The notes below the pieces were generated by a model. It did not search any database. It was given only the letters and a program-made list of their open reading frames with translations, and was not told where the DNA came from. 64,000 nt of DNA from a phage: sequence record OZ556245.1. One strand, written 5' to 3'. Below are positions 19,216 through 28,274 of the stretch, one piece after another (within the stretch, counting starts at the first letter, position 1; each line of letters opens with the position of its first letter). The translations under genes and the position numbers were made by a program.

Positions 19216-19733
19216 TAATAACCTCGGTCTTGACGAGCGAAGTTTTCAGCATTTTTCAGATAATAAAGTTTAAAGATTTCTTCAGCCGTAAGACCGAGAC
19301 CTTGGAACATGTTCAGAACGAAATGAAGAATATCAATCATTTCGAATTTAATTTCCAACTGGTCTTGTGGAGACAAATCAGTAATCAGAGTTTCACGTCG
19401 TTCACCATGCTGAGCTTTCCAAGGCTTCCATACAGCAGATGCATCTTTTTCACCATTGCTCATACCACCAAGAGAAGTCAATAGTTCGCGGAATTCATCA
19501 TCAATATAATCTTTCTGATTACGCAGCCAATCAACAACTTCACCCGCAGTAGCCAAATCATCAGGATGACGGTTATATTCAGGTTTATCTTTAGCTAAAC
19601 GAACCTGCAGAGATTTCTGCATATCAAGCATAACCTGCAGCGGGTCTTTTTCATCACCGAGAATATCCCAGTATTCATTTTGAGCTTTATCAGCGCCTTC
19701 AATCAGTTGTGAACATTCATTAAAGTATGCCAT
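19215..19733 (-). CDS. 56: dCTP pyrophosphatase (dCTPase/dUTPase, MazG-like)
   Basis: ORF track 19215..19826 trimmed to internal ATG (MAYFNECSQ...) with AAGGAAAAATA SD, giving about 172 aa as T4 gp56. Confidence 0.8.
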   Translation of the reverse strand: MAYFNECSQLIEGADKAQNEYWDILGDEKDPLQVMLDMQKSLQVRLAKDKPEYNRHPDDLATAGEVVDWLRNQKDYIDDEFRELLTSLGGMSNGEKDASAVWKPWKAQHGERRETLITDLSPQDQLEIKFEMIDILHFVLNMFQGLGLTAEEIFKLYYLKNAENFARQDRGY

Positions 19734-19804
19734 TATTTTTCCTTTCAATTCATGGGTTAGTAGATTAATTATACAATAAATATATAAAGCAATAAGGAGG
19801 ATAT

Positions 19805-19900
19805 ATGGTACAAAAATTAATGGCACTTGTCGATGCCATAAAAGGTAATAAAAAACGTATAGCTTTTACTATTTCTGTTATGATAGGAATTTTACTCTGA
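19805..19900 (+). CDS. candidate plus-strand micro-ORF (31 codons, TGA stop)
   Basis: AAGGAGG SD 4 nt before ATG; lies in the only sizeable gap between minus-strand genes 56 and 61; followed in frame by 34 hydrophobic codons. Confidence 0.25.
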   Translation: MVQKLMALVDAIKGNKKRIAFTISVMIGILL

Positions 19901-20001
19901 AATTTTGTTTTATCACCAATTGCTATTGCTCATGGTGTTAATATTCCGGTAATTACTCTTGATACATTCGTAGATTTAGCATTTGCTTTGGTTGGGTTAA
20001 T

Positions 20002-21030
20002 TTAAATCTTAGCATATTTAGATAGCCGCATTTTAGCCATCAACCCTTGGGCAATATTATTTTTCATATATTCCATAATTTGTTTAGGGGTTGCACCTTC
20101 CTTTCTAATCATATCATTAACATCTTTTGATTTCCAGGGAGATTTGTCCCAAAACATAACCCTTTCTCCTGCATCAACTAATTTAGTCATTCGTTTAATA
20201 GTGTCAGGATGACGAGGTTCATTATCTAAAACCCATACACGTCTATCTTTAAATGGAACAATTTCTAGGTCTAATTGACCACCCGTAATAGCTATACCAT
20301 TTTCAATAAAAAGTGAATCTATAGGTCCTTCTAGAACATATACATCACCATCTTTGACTCGTTCGACTCCATAGATTTTTGTTGCCTCAGGATAAGCTTT
20401 GATGGTGATATATTTTTGAGGAGCATCTTTCTTTAATGCACGTCCTTGAAAAGACTCGGCTTTTCCGTTAGCATTATAAATTGGAATAACAAGACGAGGC
20501 TCAGGTATTTCCTTTTTATATGTTCCTGGCGCTATGCTATTAACTAATTTAGGCCATTCGGTTGTAAACCAAAGATATTTCCATTTATTCTTTGGAATAC
20601 AACGAGCTTTTACATATTTTATAATTGGATGGTCTTCCGCCAGTTTATCTAATCTAATGCATGACGGAAGAGATTTAATTATTTTCTTCTCAGGTTGTTT
20701 AGGAAGTTCTTTAGGTTTTTCTACTGGACGACTTTTACCTTTTTCTTTTCTTATTTCAAAGATATACTCACGATATAAATCAGGTTCAAACTCCTTTAAA
20801 TATATTCCGATTGGTGCATGATAGTTGCAGTTATAACAATGAATATTTCCTTCATTATTATCACCATAATACCATCCACGGGCTTTATTTTGGTCGGTTT
20901 TTGAATCTCCACAAACAGGGCATCTAAACCGTAATTTAAAAGTTGAACTATTATTTACTTGTGTGAATTTAGGTAAATGAGCTAATGCACGGTATGCAAA
21001 CTCATTATCAATCCAAGGTATTGATGACAT
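20002..21030 (-). CDS. 61: DNA primase gp61
   Basis: 342 aa as T4 gp61; N-terminal zinc ribbon CPVCG...CYNC. Confidence 0.9.
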   Translation of the reverse strand: MSSIPWIDNEFAYRALAHLPKFTQVNNSSTFKLRFRCPVCGDSKTDQNKARGWYYGDNNEGNIHCYNCNYHAPIGIYLKEFEPDLYREYIFEIRKEKGKSRPVEKPKELPKQPEKKIIKSLPSCIRLDKLAEDHPIIKYVKARCIPKNKWKYLWFTTEWPKLVNSIAPGTYKKEIPEPRLVIPIYNANGKAESFQGRALKKDAPQKYITIKAYPEATKIYGVERVKDGDVYVLEGPIDSLFIENGIAITGGQLDLEIVPFKDRRVWVLDNEPRHPDTIKRMTKLVDAGERVMFWDKSPWKSKDVNDMIRKEGATPKQIMEYMKNNIAQGLMAKMRLSKYAKI

Positions 21031-21032
21031 TT

Positions 21033-21197
21033 TTACTCTTCTTTTTCTTTAGATTCCTCTTTTTTCTTTTTAGGAATCTGTTCAGGACCTTTATTTACTA
21101 CAGCGCCTGATGTTGTTCCAGTGGAGATATTTTCAGGATTACCACCTGAATCTCCAGCTACCATATCTTCTTTAATAAATTCTTTATATGTTTTCAT
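21033..21197 (-). CDS. small Lys/Glu-rich protein (54 aa)
   Basis: hand-translated MKTYKEFIKEDMVAGDSGGNPEN...; GAGGTTAAT SD; absent from track. Confidence 0.35.
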   Translation of the reverse strand: MKTYKEFIKEDMVAGDSGGNPENISTGTTSGAVVNKGPEQIPKKKKEESKEKEE

Positions 21198-21198
21198 A

Positions 21199-21555
21199 TT
21201 AACCTCTATTCATAAAAGCATTAAAAATTTGGTCATCAATCGATGGAACAGCAACCTTTTCGGCATCATTTAGCAAATCATTAATTTCATCAGATAGCAT
21301 AACGCATGTACCTTTATTTCCTGTAATTGTTACTGCACAATTACGAACGTTTTCTTTATCAAATTTTAGGTTAATATTTTCGTAGTGAAAATCCTTTAAT
21401 GCCGAATATATTTTTAAAATGAAATTGTCTTTTACTGCAATAAACCCAACTTCACTATTAAAACGTGGTTCATGGAAACTGTAATAAACCTTTTCATCTA
21501 TAAAATCGTATGAAATTTTTTCCATTTTTAAATATGAAAATTCAGAACTGTACAT
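21199..21555 (-). CDS. hypothetical protein (118 aa), T4 61.1/61.2 position
   Basis: ORF track; synteny. Confidence 0.5.
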   Translation of the reverse strand: MYSSEFSYLKMEKISYDFIDEKVYYSFHEPRFNSEVGFIAVKDNFILKIYSALKDFHYENINLKFDKENVRNCAVTITGNKGTCVMLSDEINDLLNDAEKVAVPSIDDQIFNAFMNRG

Positions 21556-21567
21556 ACTAACCTCTAA

Positions 21568-21861
21568 TTACTCACCTACCACTTCAGCGATGATATTTTT
21601 ATTATTAAAGTTTTTATCGCAATACAGAACATAATTATACTGCATTACACCGCCAGACTTAAGCTGTTTTTGCACTTCAGCTTTCATTTCAGGACGATCA
21701 CGCTCAACGATATTCATAATATCTGCTTCAATTTGAGTTTCAACTTCAGTCTGATCTGCAGTCATAGACCATTCACACAAATCTTTGTCATAACCCGCCA
21801 TAGCAGGCTGAGCAGCGCAAGAAGATAAAGCAAAAATTGTAGCAAAGATAAATTTTTTCAT
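21568..21861 (-). CDS. sp: periplasmic protein Spackle-like (superinfection exclusion)
   Basis: 97 aa with cleavable signal peptide, at T4 sp (61.3) position. Confidence 0.6.
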   Translation of the reverse strand: MKKFIFATIFALSSCAAQPAMAGYDKDLCEWSMTADQTEVETQIEADIMNIVERDRPEMKAEVQKQLKSGGVMQYNYVLYCDKNFNNKNIIAEVVGE

Positions 21862-21919
21862 GATAATCTCCTCAGTAGTTTATGTTTATAGTATCTCAAT
21901 TTCCAATAAAAGTAAACAG

Positions 21920-22177
21920 CTATTTTAAAACTTCTGCATAATCACATGTTACAAACTGTTTCTCTAACTTGGCGATTTTACGAAAGTATCTTTTGCATTG
22001 ACGAATCTGTCGCTTCGTAGGGCGCACAGCAAACTTAATAAATTCCACTCGACCAAATGGAGGACTTTCTTCTGCTGGAATATCTAATACCAATTCCCAC
22101 GTATCTACAATAAGTGCTTTGAATTGAGTATTTTTCCTGACATTATACGGAGTAGGTTTAAATAAAACAATATGCAT
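21920..22177 (-). CDS. hypothetical basic protein (about 85 aa), T4 61.4 position
   Basis: ORF track 21920..22219 trimmed to internal ATG to remove overlap with dmd. Confidence 0.45.
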   Translation of the reverse strand: MHIVLFKPTPYNVRKNTQFKALIVDTWELVLDIPAEESPPFGRVEFIKFAVRPTKRQIRQCKRYFRKIAKLEKQFVTCDYAEVLK

Positions 22178-22178
22178 A

Positions 22179-22361
22179 TTATCCTCGGCAATCCACTTCA
22201 CATACTTTCTTGTCATCAATGAAAGCTTTAACTAATGCTTTATTAACTTCAGCGTATTGATTAGTAGCCCATTGAACGTCATCTTTCATCATTGTGATTT
22301 CTTTAGTAAACATGCTTTCGTTCTTAAACCACCCCATAAAAACTACCTTTACCAATTCCAT
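22179..22361 (-). CDS. dmd: Dmd-like small protein (60 aa)
   Basis: 60 aa as T4 Dmd, immediately downstream of gene 41 with own early promoter. Confidence 0.55.
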   Translation of the reverse strand: MELVKVVFMGWFKNESMFTKEITMMKDDVQWATNQYAEVNKALVKAFIDDKKVCEVDCRG

Positions 22362-22390
22362 AACAATCTCCTCATTTAACCAACAAGACT

Positions 22391-22420
22391 ACTATACCAT
22401 AGTCTTGTTGGCTTGTAAAC
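22391..22420 (-). promoter_or_regulatory. early promoter upstream of dmd
   Basis: GTTTAC ... TATGGTATAGT. Confidence 0.5.
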
Positions 22421-23847
22421 TAAAATTTTAATTCATTTGCCAAAGCATCTAACTGAGCTCGAGCAGATTCGTTTCTTTGATAGCGATTCTGTTCAGCCTG
22501 AATCTGCTGTGAACCTGCTACTTCGTTCACTTCAGTTGGAGTAGAATCTTGTTCAATTTCTACCCATTTCTGATTTCCTTTTTGAACACCCATCAAAAAC
22601 TTATTCCATTTATTCTTATCACCGTATCGTGATTTGATTTGCTTAATGAGTTGTTGTTCAGCAGCTGCTAACTCCTCGGTTTCAATGACCGCAAGCATAA
22701 AATCGGCTGTTGCTGGAAGACCGGCAGATTCTGCGATATCGCTCATGTTAACATCAGAAGAATCCCAAGCTTGTTTACCAACCTGTGCTGCAGTCCAAAG
22801 AACAGTTTCAGTTTCAACAGCCAGAGCACGCAATTCCTCTGCGATAGCTTTAACAGTTGTGTAACTATTTTCTGAGTAAACTCTGATGCGGCAAGATTTA
22901 CAAATACCCAGATAGTCAACAATAATGATTGTTGGAACAAAATTCTTCTTGAGCTTCAATTCATTCAAGAGAGACCTGAATGTATTAGCGTCTGCTCCAC
23001 CAGTAGGATACTGTTTAACGATTAAACGGCCGAGAGTAGATTTCTCACGCCATTTTTCCATTTTTCCTTTATACTCAGCGTAAGAAATATGCCCATCATC
23101 AATGTCATCAAGAGAAACATCAAGCATATTAGCGTCAATACGCTTAGCACAGACTTCTTCTGCCATTTCCATGGAAATGTAAAGAACATTATGTCCGAGC
23201 TGCAAATAATCTGCTGCCAATGAACACAGACCTAATGACTTACCGACGTTAACACCAGCCATTAAAACGTTCAGTGTTCCAGTTTCAGCTCCGCCTTTAG
23301 TAATTTTATTTAGAATTTTGAGTTTAAATGGAACCTTACGAGCTTTATTCATATAAGATAGCCAACGTGCTTCGTAGTCATCTATCCAATCATGACCAAC
23401 GTAACTATCAAATGAAATTGATAATGCTTGGCGCATGATGTCAGGAATAGCACCTACATCTGGCATTTTCTTATTTCGTTTTTCTGGAGGAAGCTCAGCA
23501 TTAGTTTGAATTTCAATTATTTTAGACGTAGCATTAAACATCGCCCTTTGCTGAACATATTTTTCTGTTTCTTTTACTAACCAGCTGTGGTCTTCCGGAG
23601 AATCGGCTAGTTTTGAAATAAGTGTTTTTACACCAGAATATTCTGTTTCAGTAAATGAACTATTTTCTAATGCAACATTTAACGCATTAATAGATGGAAC
23701 GCTATGGTATTCATTAACATGAGATTTAATTAATTTGAATGTATTTTTAGCTGGACCACTTTCAAAATATTCTGAATCCATATATGGCCAAACTTTTGAA
23801 AAATAAGCTTGATCAAATATGAGATGGGAAAGAATAATTTCTACCAC
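22420..23847 (-). CDS. 41: replicative DNA helicase gp41 (DnaB-like)
   Basis: 475 aa as T4 gp41; Walker A GVNVGKS. Confidence 0.9.
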   Translation of the reverse strand: MVEIILSHLIFDQAYFSKVWPYMDSEYFESGPAKNTFKLIKSHVNEYHSVPSINALNVALENSSFTETEYSGVKTLISKLADSPEDHSWLVKETEKYVQQRAMFNATSKIIEIQTNAELPPEKRNKKMPDVGAIPDIMRQALSISFDSYVGHDWIDDYEARWLSYMNKARKVPFKLKILNKITKGGAETGTLNVLMAGVNVGKSLGLCSLAADYLQLGHNVLYISMEMAEEVCAKRIDANMLDVSLDDIDDGHISYAEYKGKMEKWREKSTLGRLIVKQYPTGGADANTFRSLLNELKLKKNFVPTIIIVDYLGICKSCRIRVYSENSYTTVKAIAEELRALAVETETVLWTAAQVGKQAWDSSDVNMSDIAESAGLPATADFMLAVIETEELAAAEQQLIKQIKSRYGDKNKWNKFLMGVQKGNQKWVEIEQDSTPTEVNEVAGSQQIQAEQNRYQRNESARAQLDALANELKF

Positions 23848-23856
23848 ACTTACTCC

Positions 23857-24219
23857 TTAAAAGAATTTAAATTTTTTCTTTGACCTTTTATTAAATGCAT
23901 CTTGTAGTTGCATTGTAATACATTTTTCTACATGAGGAGCTAACTCAGCTTTTCTTTCTTGGTCAAGAACAGCAAAGTCCATTACGACTTTTCCATCAAC
24001 CCAATCTAATTTTGTCACATACACAATGTGTGTAGAACCATCTTCTAGTTTAATGACAATCTCCTGGATAACATTTTCCATGGCAGATTTAATTATCTTA
24101 AGAGATTCATTAAAAAGACGTTCTTTTCTTTCTTCTTCCCCCTCCGAAGAGGGGGATTCATCGATAATTTCTAGATCTAAATCTAAATCATCTTTATTCA
24201 TTAAATTCTTCCATATCAC
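23857..24219 (-). CDS. hypothetical acidic protein (about 120 aa), T4 gene 40 position
   Basis: ORF track; 5' end overlaps uvsX 3' end so start probably internal. Confidence 0.5.
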   Translation of the reverse strand: MIWKNLMNKDDLDLDLEIIDESPSSEGEEERKERLFNESLKIIKSAMENVIQEIVIKLEDGSTHIVYVTKLDWVDGKVVMDFAVLDQERKAELAPHVEKCITMQLQDAFNKRSKKKFKFF

Positions 24220-25375
24220 TTAACTGATCTAGGTCAGTTTCTAAATCAGCTGCTGATTTACTTTTGCTTTCTGGAGATTTAAATTTTTCAACCTTTGAGT
24301 TAATCAATTCATCAACTTCAGCTTCAACAATTTCATTACTATCAATAGCACCTAACTGATAAGCACGTTTAATAGCGTCTCGGAATGGTTGATGCTTAAA
24401 TAAAGGACCCCAGAATGTAGTGCAGTTGGTATCTTTTGCACGCCAAGATTTTTCTTCTCGAATCATCTCGCCAGTTTCTTCGTCAAGAAATTCACGAGCA
24501 TACCAGCCATTTTTAGGTTTTACCACAAATCCTAATTCAAGAGCCATATCTAACAATCCAGAATAAGGATCGATACCACCGTCAAATTTAACATCAATAA
24601 AGAATTTACTTTTTTCTTTAACGGTACGAGATTTTTCTACATTTAGAACAAATTGATACCCCTGAAGATCAGAACCATCTTTAATCTGGCGCTTACCGAT
24701 AATGAATACAGTATCAGCCGAATACATTACGCCTGTACCACCTGTCATCACGGTTTTACTGAACATTTCAATTGTTTCAATTGTATGGTTAACCGCAACG
24801 CATGGAATGTTTTTAATACTAAAATAAGGAGTAACAATACGGAATAATGACTTCAGTGATTTAGCACGAGTCATATCTGCCACAGATTTTTCATTCAAGG
24901 CATCTTCCGTTTCTTTCTTAGAAGCCATATTACCGATTGAGTCGATGAATACAATAACTTTTTCACCACGCTCAATAGCTTCAAGCTGATTCACCATATC
25001 AATTTTCAGCTGTTCAACTGACTGAATTGGTGTATGAATTACTCGTTCCGGGTCAACTCCCATGGATCGCAAATAAGCTGGAGTAATACCAAATTCGCTA
25101 TCATAAAATAGACATACCGCGTCAGGATATTTGTTCAAATACGCCGCAACCATAGTCAAAGACATATTTGATTTAAAGTGTTTAGAAGGACCTGCAAAAA
25201 TGGTTAAACCAGACTGCATTCCACCATCAATCGCACCTGAAATAGCGATATTAAGCATTGGGATTTTTGTACGGATTACATCCTTTTCATTAAAGAATTT
25301 AGATGTAGTCAGTTCAGCAGTCATTTTAGAAGTGGAAGCTTTAATCAAACGGGATTTTAAATCTGCAATAGACAT
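24194..25375 (-). CDS. uvsX: UvsX recombinase (RecA/Rad51 family)
   Basis: 393 aa; Walker A GPSKHFKS; acidic C-terminal tail. Confidence 0.9.
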   Translation of the reverse strand: MSIADLKSRLIKASTSKMTAELTTSKFFNEKDVIRTKIPMLNIAISGAIDGGMQSGLTIFAGPSKHFKSNMSLTMVAAYLNKYPDAVCLFYDSEFGITPAYLRSMGVDPERVIHTPIQSVEQLKIDMVNQLEAIERGEKVIVFIDSIGNMASKKETEDALNEKSVADMTRAKSLKSLFRIVTPYFSIKNIPCVAVNHTIETIEMFSKTVMTGGTGVMYSADTVFIIGKRQIKDGSDLQGYQFVLNVEKSRTVKEKSKFFIDVKFDGGIDPYSGLLDMALELGFVVKPKNGWYAREFLDEETGEMIREEKSWRAKDTNCTTFWGPLFKHQPFRDAIKRAYQLGAIDSNEIVEAEVDELINSKVEKFKSPESKSKSAADLETDLDQLSDMEEFNE

Positions 25376-25452
25376 TCATTTTTTCCATAGGCATCATTAT
25401 ATTTTCCTCACTGGTTAAAGATAGAGTAATTATAACACAATAAATTTAGGCA

Positions 25453-26301
25453 TTAATCAACTGCTATTGGATGAATAGCATTAAACTTATGAAACGCTTC
25501 TGATTTTTCTTTGCGCGAAACACACATGCGAAGAACCTTTAATGGCTCGTCTTCTTCACCCAACGATTTTCTCTTTTCAATATTCGATGTTTTCCAACGA
25601 GCTTGCTCTGGAAACTCTCTATTGATTTGCTCAAGAGCTCTATTATGTTTTGAATTACTACGAATTGAACTACATCCGCCAGGAGCCTGTGCTTTTCCAG
25701 ACACAACTAGATATTTGAACAGGGCCAAATGCGGATAACCTTGATTAATTAAATTGAGAAATGCATACATATCTTCGCATAAATCAATTTTTCCATACCC
25801 AATTTGTTCTGTCGTGAGTTTTCCGAGGTCATACCAAGTATTCGTGAATCCATATGAATTTTCACGATAATTACCCCAAGATGAAGTAATTTTAAAAATT
25901 GGTAAACGAGCATGACCATGATAATACCCACAATCCATGGCATCTTCAACGTATTGAATCAATTCATAGAACTGTTCACGAGTTAACTGATTAATTTTAT
26001 CTACGCAGCGACGATCATCTTTCTTTCGCATTGAACTCATACGAATAGTAGTATCATCATCAATCATCCAAATTCGTTGACCTGCATACATATCAGTAAT
26101 TGCTTTACGAGTACCAGCAATTCCATTAACATCATCAGGAATAGTTATAATTTTGGCTCTAGACCCGTAAGCGTCATAATAAGCTTTTTCTTCGTGTTCA
26201 CGTACTACAATATGCGGTTCATAATCAGATGGAAACATATCAAGGGCAGAAACTGCCCCTACGCGTTGATAGCTTGGAATTACGAATTGAATCATTTCCA
26301 C
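25453..26301 (-). CDS. DXD-motif glycosyltransferase at the beta-gt locus (candidate hmC-glucose modifying enzyme)
   Basis: 282 aa; WMIDDDTT DXD motif; sits between uvsX and gene 42 where T4 has beta-glucosyltransferase (351 aa). Confidence 0.6.
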   Translation of the reverse strand: MEMIQFVIPSYQRVGAVSALDMFPSDYEPHIVVREHEEKAYYDAYGSRAKIITIPDDVNGIAGTRKAITDMYAGQRIWMIDDDTTIRMSSMRKKDDRRCVDKINQLTREQFYELIQYVEDAMDCGYYHGHARLPIFKITSSWGNYRENSYGFTNTWYDLGKLTTEQIGYGKIDLCEDMYAFLNLINQGYPHLALFKYLVVSGKAQAPGGCSSIRSNSKHNRALEQINREFPEQARWKTSNIEKRKSLGEEDEPLKVLRMCVSRKEKSEAFHKFNAIHPIAVD

Positions 26302-27032
26302 TCACCGTTATAATCTTTTTTCGCAATATGAGTTTCGCCAGTTTTCCACCAATGGTCAACCAAATAAAAATGACGGGAATACACATGAAGGCTTCCGACA
26401 TTCCATATAATGGAACCTGCTTTATACTGACGAGTTGAATCACCTGCATTCAAATCAGATACTAATTTATCTAGTACGTATTTTTGCCATGCATAATCAT
26501 TACGGAATCCGAAGACCACGTCATTTGAACGCATGCTTACTACTGCATTGACTTTCTTATCACGAATCAGGTACTGTACTGTATTCGTACACATGAAATC
26601 TGACATACCGTCTTTATTGTAGTCAAACTGCATGGATGGACGAGTATAAATCATGATACCACGTCGAGAATCAGGATTTTGACCAAGTTCAGCTAAACAC
26701 ATATCATACTGGGCATAGTTATCTTCTGACCAGATGGCCCAACCATAATTCGAGTTAATTTCGCCTTTAGAAGATGCTACCTGCTGCCAAATCTTCGGTG
26801 TTTCACCCGGAATATCTTTAACAAACAAACTTTTAGATTTATACCATTCAAGTTCATGTTGAATGTATTCATCATTAAGAGCGCCAAAAATAAACGGTTC
26901 ATCTGCTACAAATGATGCACCAATAATTTCAATAGTTTTAACACCAGTTTTATCAACTACGAAATCTTTTTCCTTTAATGCAAGCCCCAAATGAAGACGG
27001 ATTTCTTCAACTGTCATAGAGTCACTAATCAT
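26292..27032 (-). CDS. 42: dCMP hydroxymethylase
   Basis: 246 aa as T4 gp42; position between glycosyltransferase and imm. Confidence 0.85.
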   Translation of the reverse strand: MISDSMTVEEIRLHLGLALKEKDFVVDKTGVKTIEIIGASFVADEPFIFGALNDEYIQHELEWYKSKSLFVKDIPGETPKIWQQVASSKGEINSNYGWAIWSEDNYAQYDMCLAELGQNPDSRRGIMIYTRPSMQFDYNKDGMSDFMCTNTVQYLIRDKKVNAVVSMRSNDVVFGFRNDYAWQKYVLDKLVSDLNAGDSTRQYKAGSIIWNVGSLHVYSRHFYLVDHWWKTGETHIAKKDYNGEWK

Positions 27033-27039
27033 TTAAACC

Positions 27040-27189
27040 TCAATTGATACATTCATATTTAACTTGTAACAGTAATAAACCCCAACCTATAATAAGTGTC
27101 GGAATCATAAGAGGAACTGTTACGCTATAGTATATACTTATTATAATCATCAAGATTAAAAGCAATACTGCTAAAATTTTGCTTTTCAT
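27040..27189 (-). CDS. small membrane protein (about 49 aa)
   Basis: hand-translated MKSKILAVLLLILMIII...; ATGA overlap with imm stop; missing from track. Confidence 0.35.
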   Translation of the reverse strand: MKSKILAVLLLILMIIISIYYSVTVPLMIPTLIIGWGLLLLQVKYECIN

Positions 27190-27437
27190 TCCTTCTCTCT
27201 GATGATAATTACTTGGTTTTGCTGTGCAGATTTTTTAGTTTCACCCGCAATTGACCAAATAAATGTAATAAACCAACCAATGATTGACCAGTTAAACAGT
27301 AAAGATGTGAAAAAGATTCCTACTGTCGATTTTGACCCACGCATCAAGGCGATGAACCACGGAAGCATGTATATAATAATAGCCAACACGCCTGAAACTA
27401 AAACCATAAAAATTGAACCTGCTACTAAAGTTTCCAT
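27186..27437 (-). CDS. imm: immunity (superinfection exclusion) membrane protein Imm
   Basis: 83 aa, two hydrophobic helices, next to gene 42. Confidence 0.8.
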   Translation of the reverse strand: METLVAGSIFMVLVSGVLAIIIYMLPWFIALMRGSKSTVGIFFTSLLFNWSIIGWFITFIWSIAGETKKSAQQNQVIIIREKE

Positions 27438-27444
27438 GTTTTCC

Positions 27445-27825
27445 TCACTTAGTCAAATTTTTTACGCATGAATTATAAGAATTCACTACATACTCCATTG
27501 GAGCATTTTTACCAGTACGCCATTGGTAATTATTAGCCCAATTAGCCCAAAGTTCGGCGCAGTAGTTTTCAATTTTTTCTTCGCGTGTAATTACATCCGA
27601 ATTACGATATGCTTGGGCAGATTCATCTGGACGAATAGCTTCATCAAAATTCGCCTGCATTTGTTCTACTGTCTGTTTTGGAGCTTCTTTATAACACTTG
27701 ACGTTAGGATTATAAAATTTGCTTGAACAGTTTACAATTTTTCCTACATCAGACTGATTTACTACCGGTCCTTGAGCTACACAGCCAGTAAGACCTAATG
27801 CAATAACCAAAATAGCAATTTTCAT
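27445..27825 (-). CDS. lipoprotein (126 aa)
   Basis: signal peptide with lipobox LTGC. Confidence 0.55.
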   Translation of the reverse strand: MKIAILVIALGLTGCVAQGPVVNQSDVGKIVNCSSKFYNPNVKCYKEAPKQTVEQMQANFDEAIRPDESAQAYRNSDVITREEKIENYCAELWANWANNYQWRTGKNAPMEYVVNSYNSCVKNLTK

Positions 27826-27835
27826 AATAATTTCC

Positions 27836-28093
27836 TCAAATACAAGTAGTAATTACTCCAGTAGTGCTTACACAGGTATTACCTAATTGAACACCAAGCG
27901 TTCCATTAGTATTCATATGAAGATTATCATCAATTTTTGTTGATACTTTACCATTCATGTGAATAACAGTATTAGATTCAATCACATTCTGAGTGTCATT
28001 TTCAATATCAATAAATGGAACAGCTGCTAATGCAACTAGAACAACTGCTAATGCAACTAAACACGCTGCTAAACAACCATAAACAATTTTCAT
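27836..28093 (-). CDS. small secreted/membrane-anchored protein (85 aa)
   Basis: ORF track 27836..28282 trimmed to ATG after conserved leader; N-terminal hydrophobic segment. Confidence 0.5.
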   Translation of the reverse strand: MKIVYGCLAACLVALAVVLVALAAVPFIDIENDTQNVIESNTVIHMNGKVSTKIDDNLHMNTNGTLGVQLGNTCVSTTGVITTCI

Positions 28094-28123
28094 TTTATTC
28101 TCCAAATCCGTATCAGTTGATAG

Positions 28124-28157
28124 TTGTATAGTACCACGGAAGAACAGGGATGTAAAT
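28124..28157 (-). promoter_or_regulatory. early promoter with conserved leader (cassette copy)
   Basis: ATTTAC ... GGTACTATAC followed by leader ACAACTATCAACTGATACGGATTTGGAGAAT. Confidence 0.5.
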
Positions 28158-28243
28158 AGTTTTGTGAAAAAATTTTTAATGAATTTACAGGACCTAGAAT
28201 CATCTATTTTTATTAAGTATAGATTTATATTACTTGTATGAAA

Positions 28244-28262
28244 AAGGGACCCGGAGGTCCCT
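28244..28262 (-). terminator. intrinsic terminator after gene 43
   Basis: AGGGACCUCCGGGUCCCU hairpin followed by UUUUUCAU. Confidence 0.6.
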
Positions 28263-28274
28263 AGATTTATTCTA

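Noticed and set aside
19215-19826. Track's 203-aa version of gene 56 and similar N-terminal extensions (10636..11175, 48855..49907, 27836..28282, 861..1070)
   Set aside because: Extensions start at GTG/TTG or translate promoter and leader sequence; trimmed to the ATG with an SD
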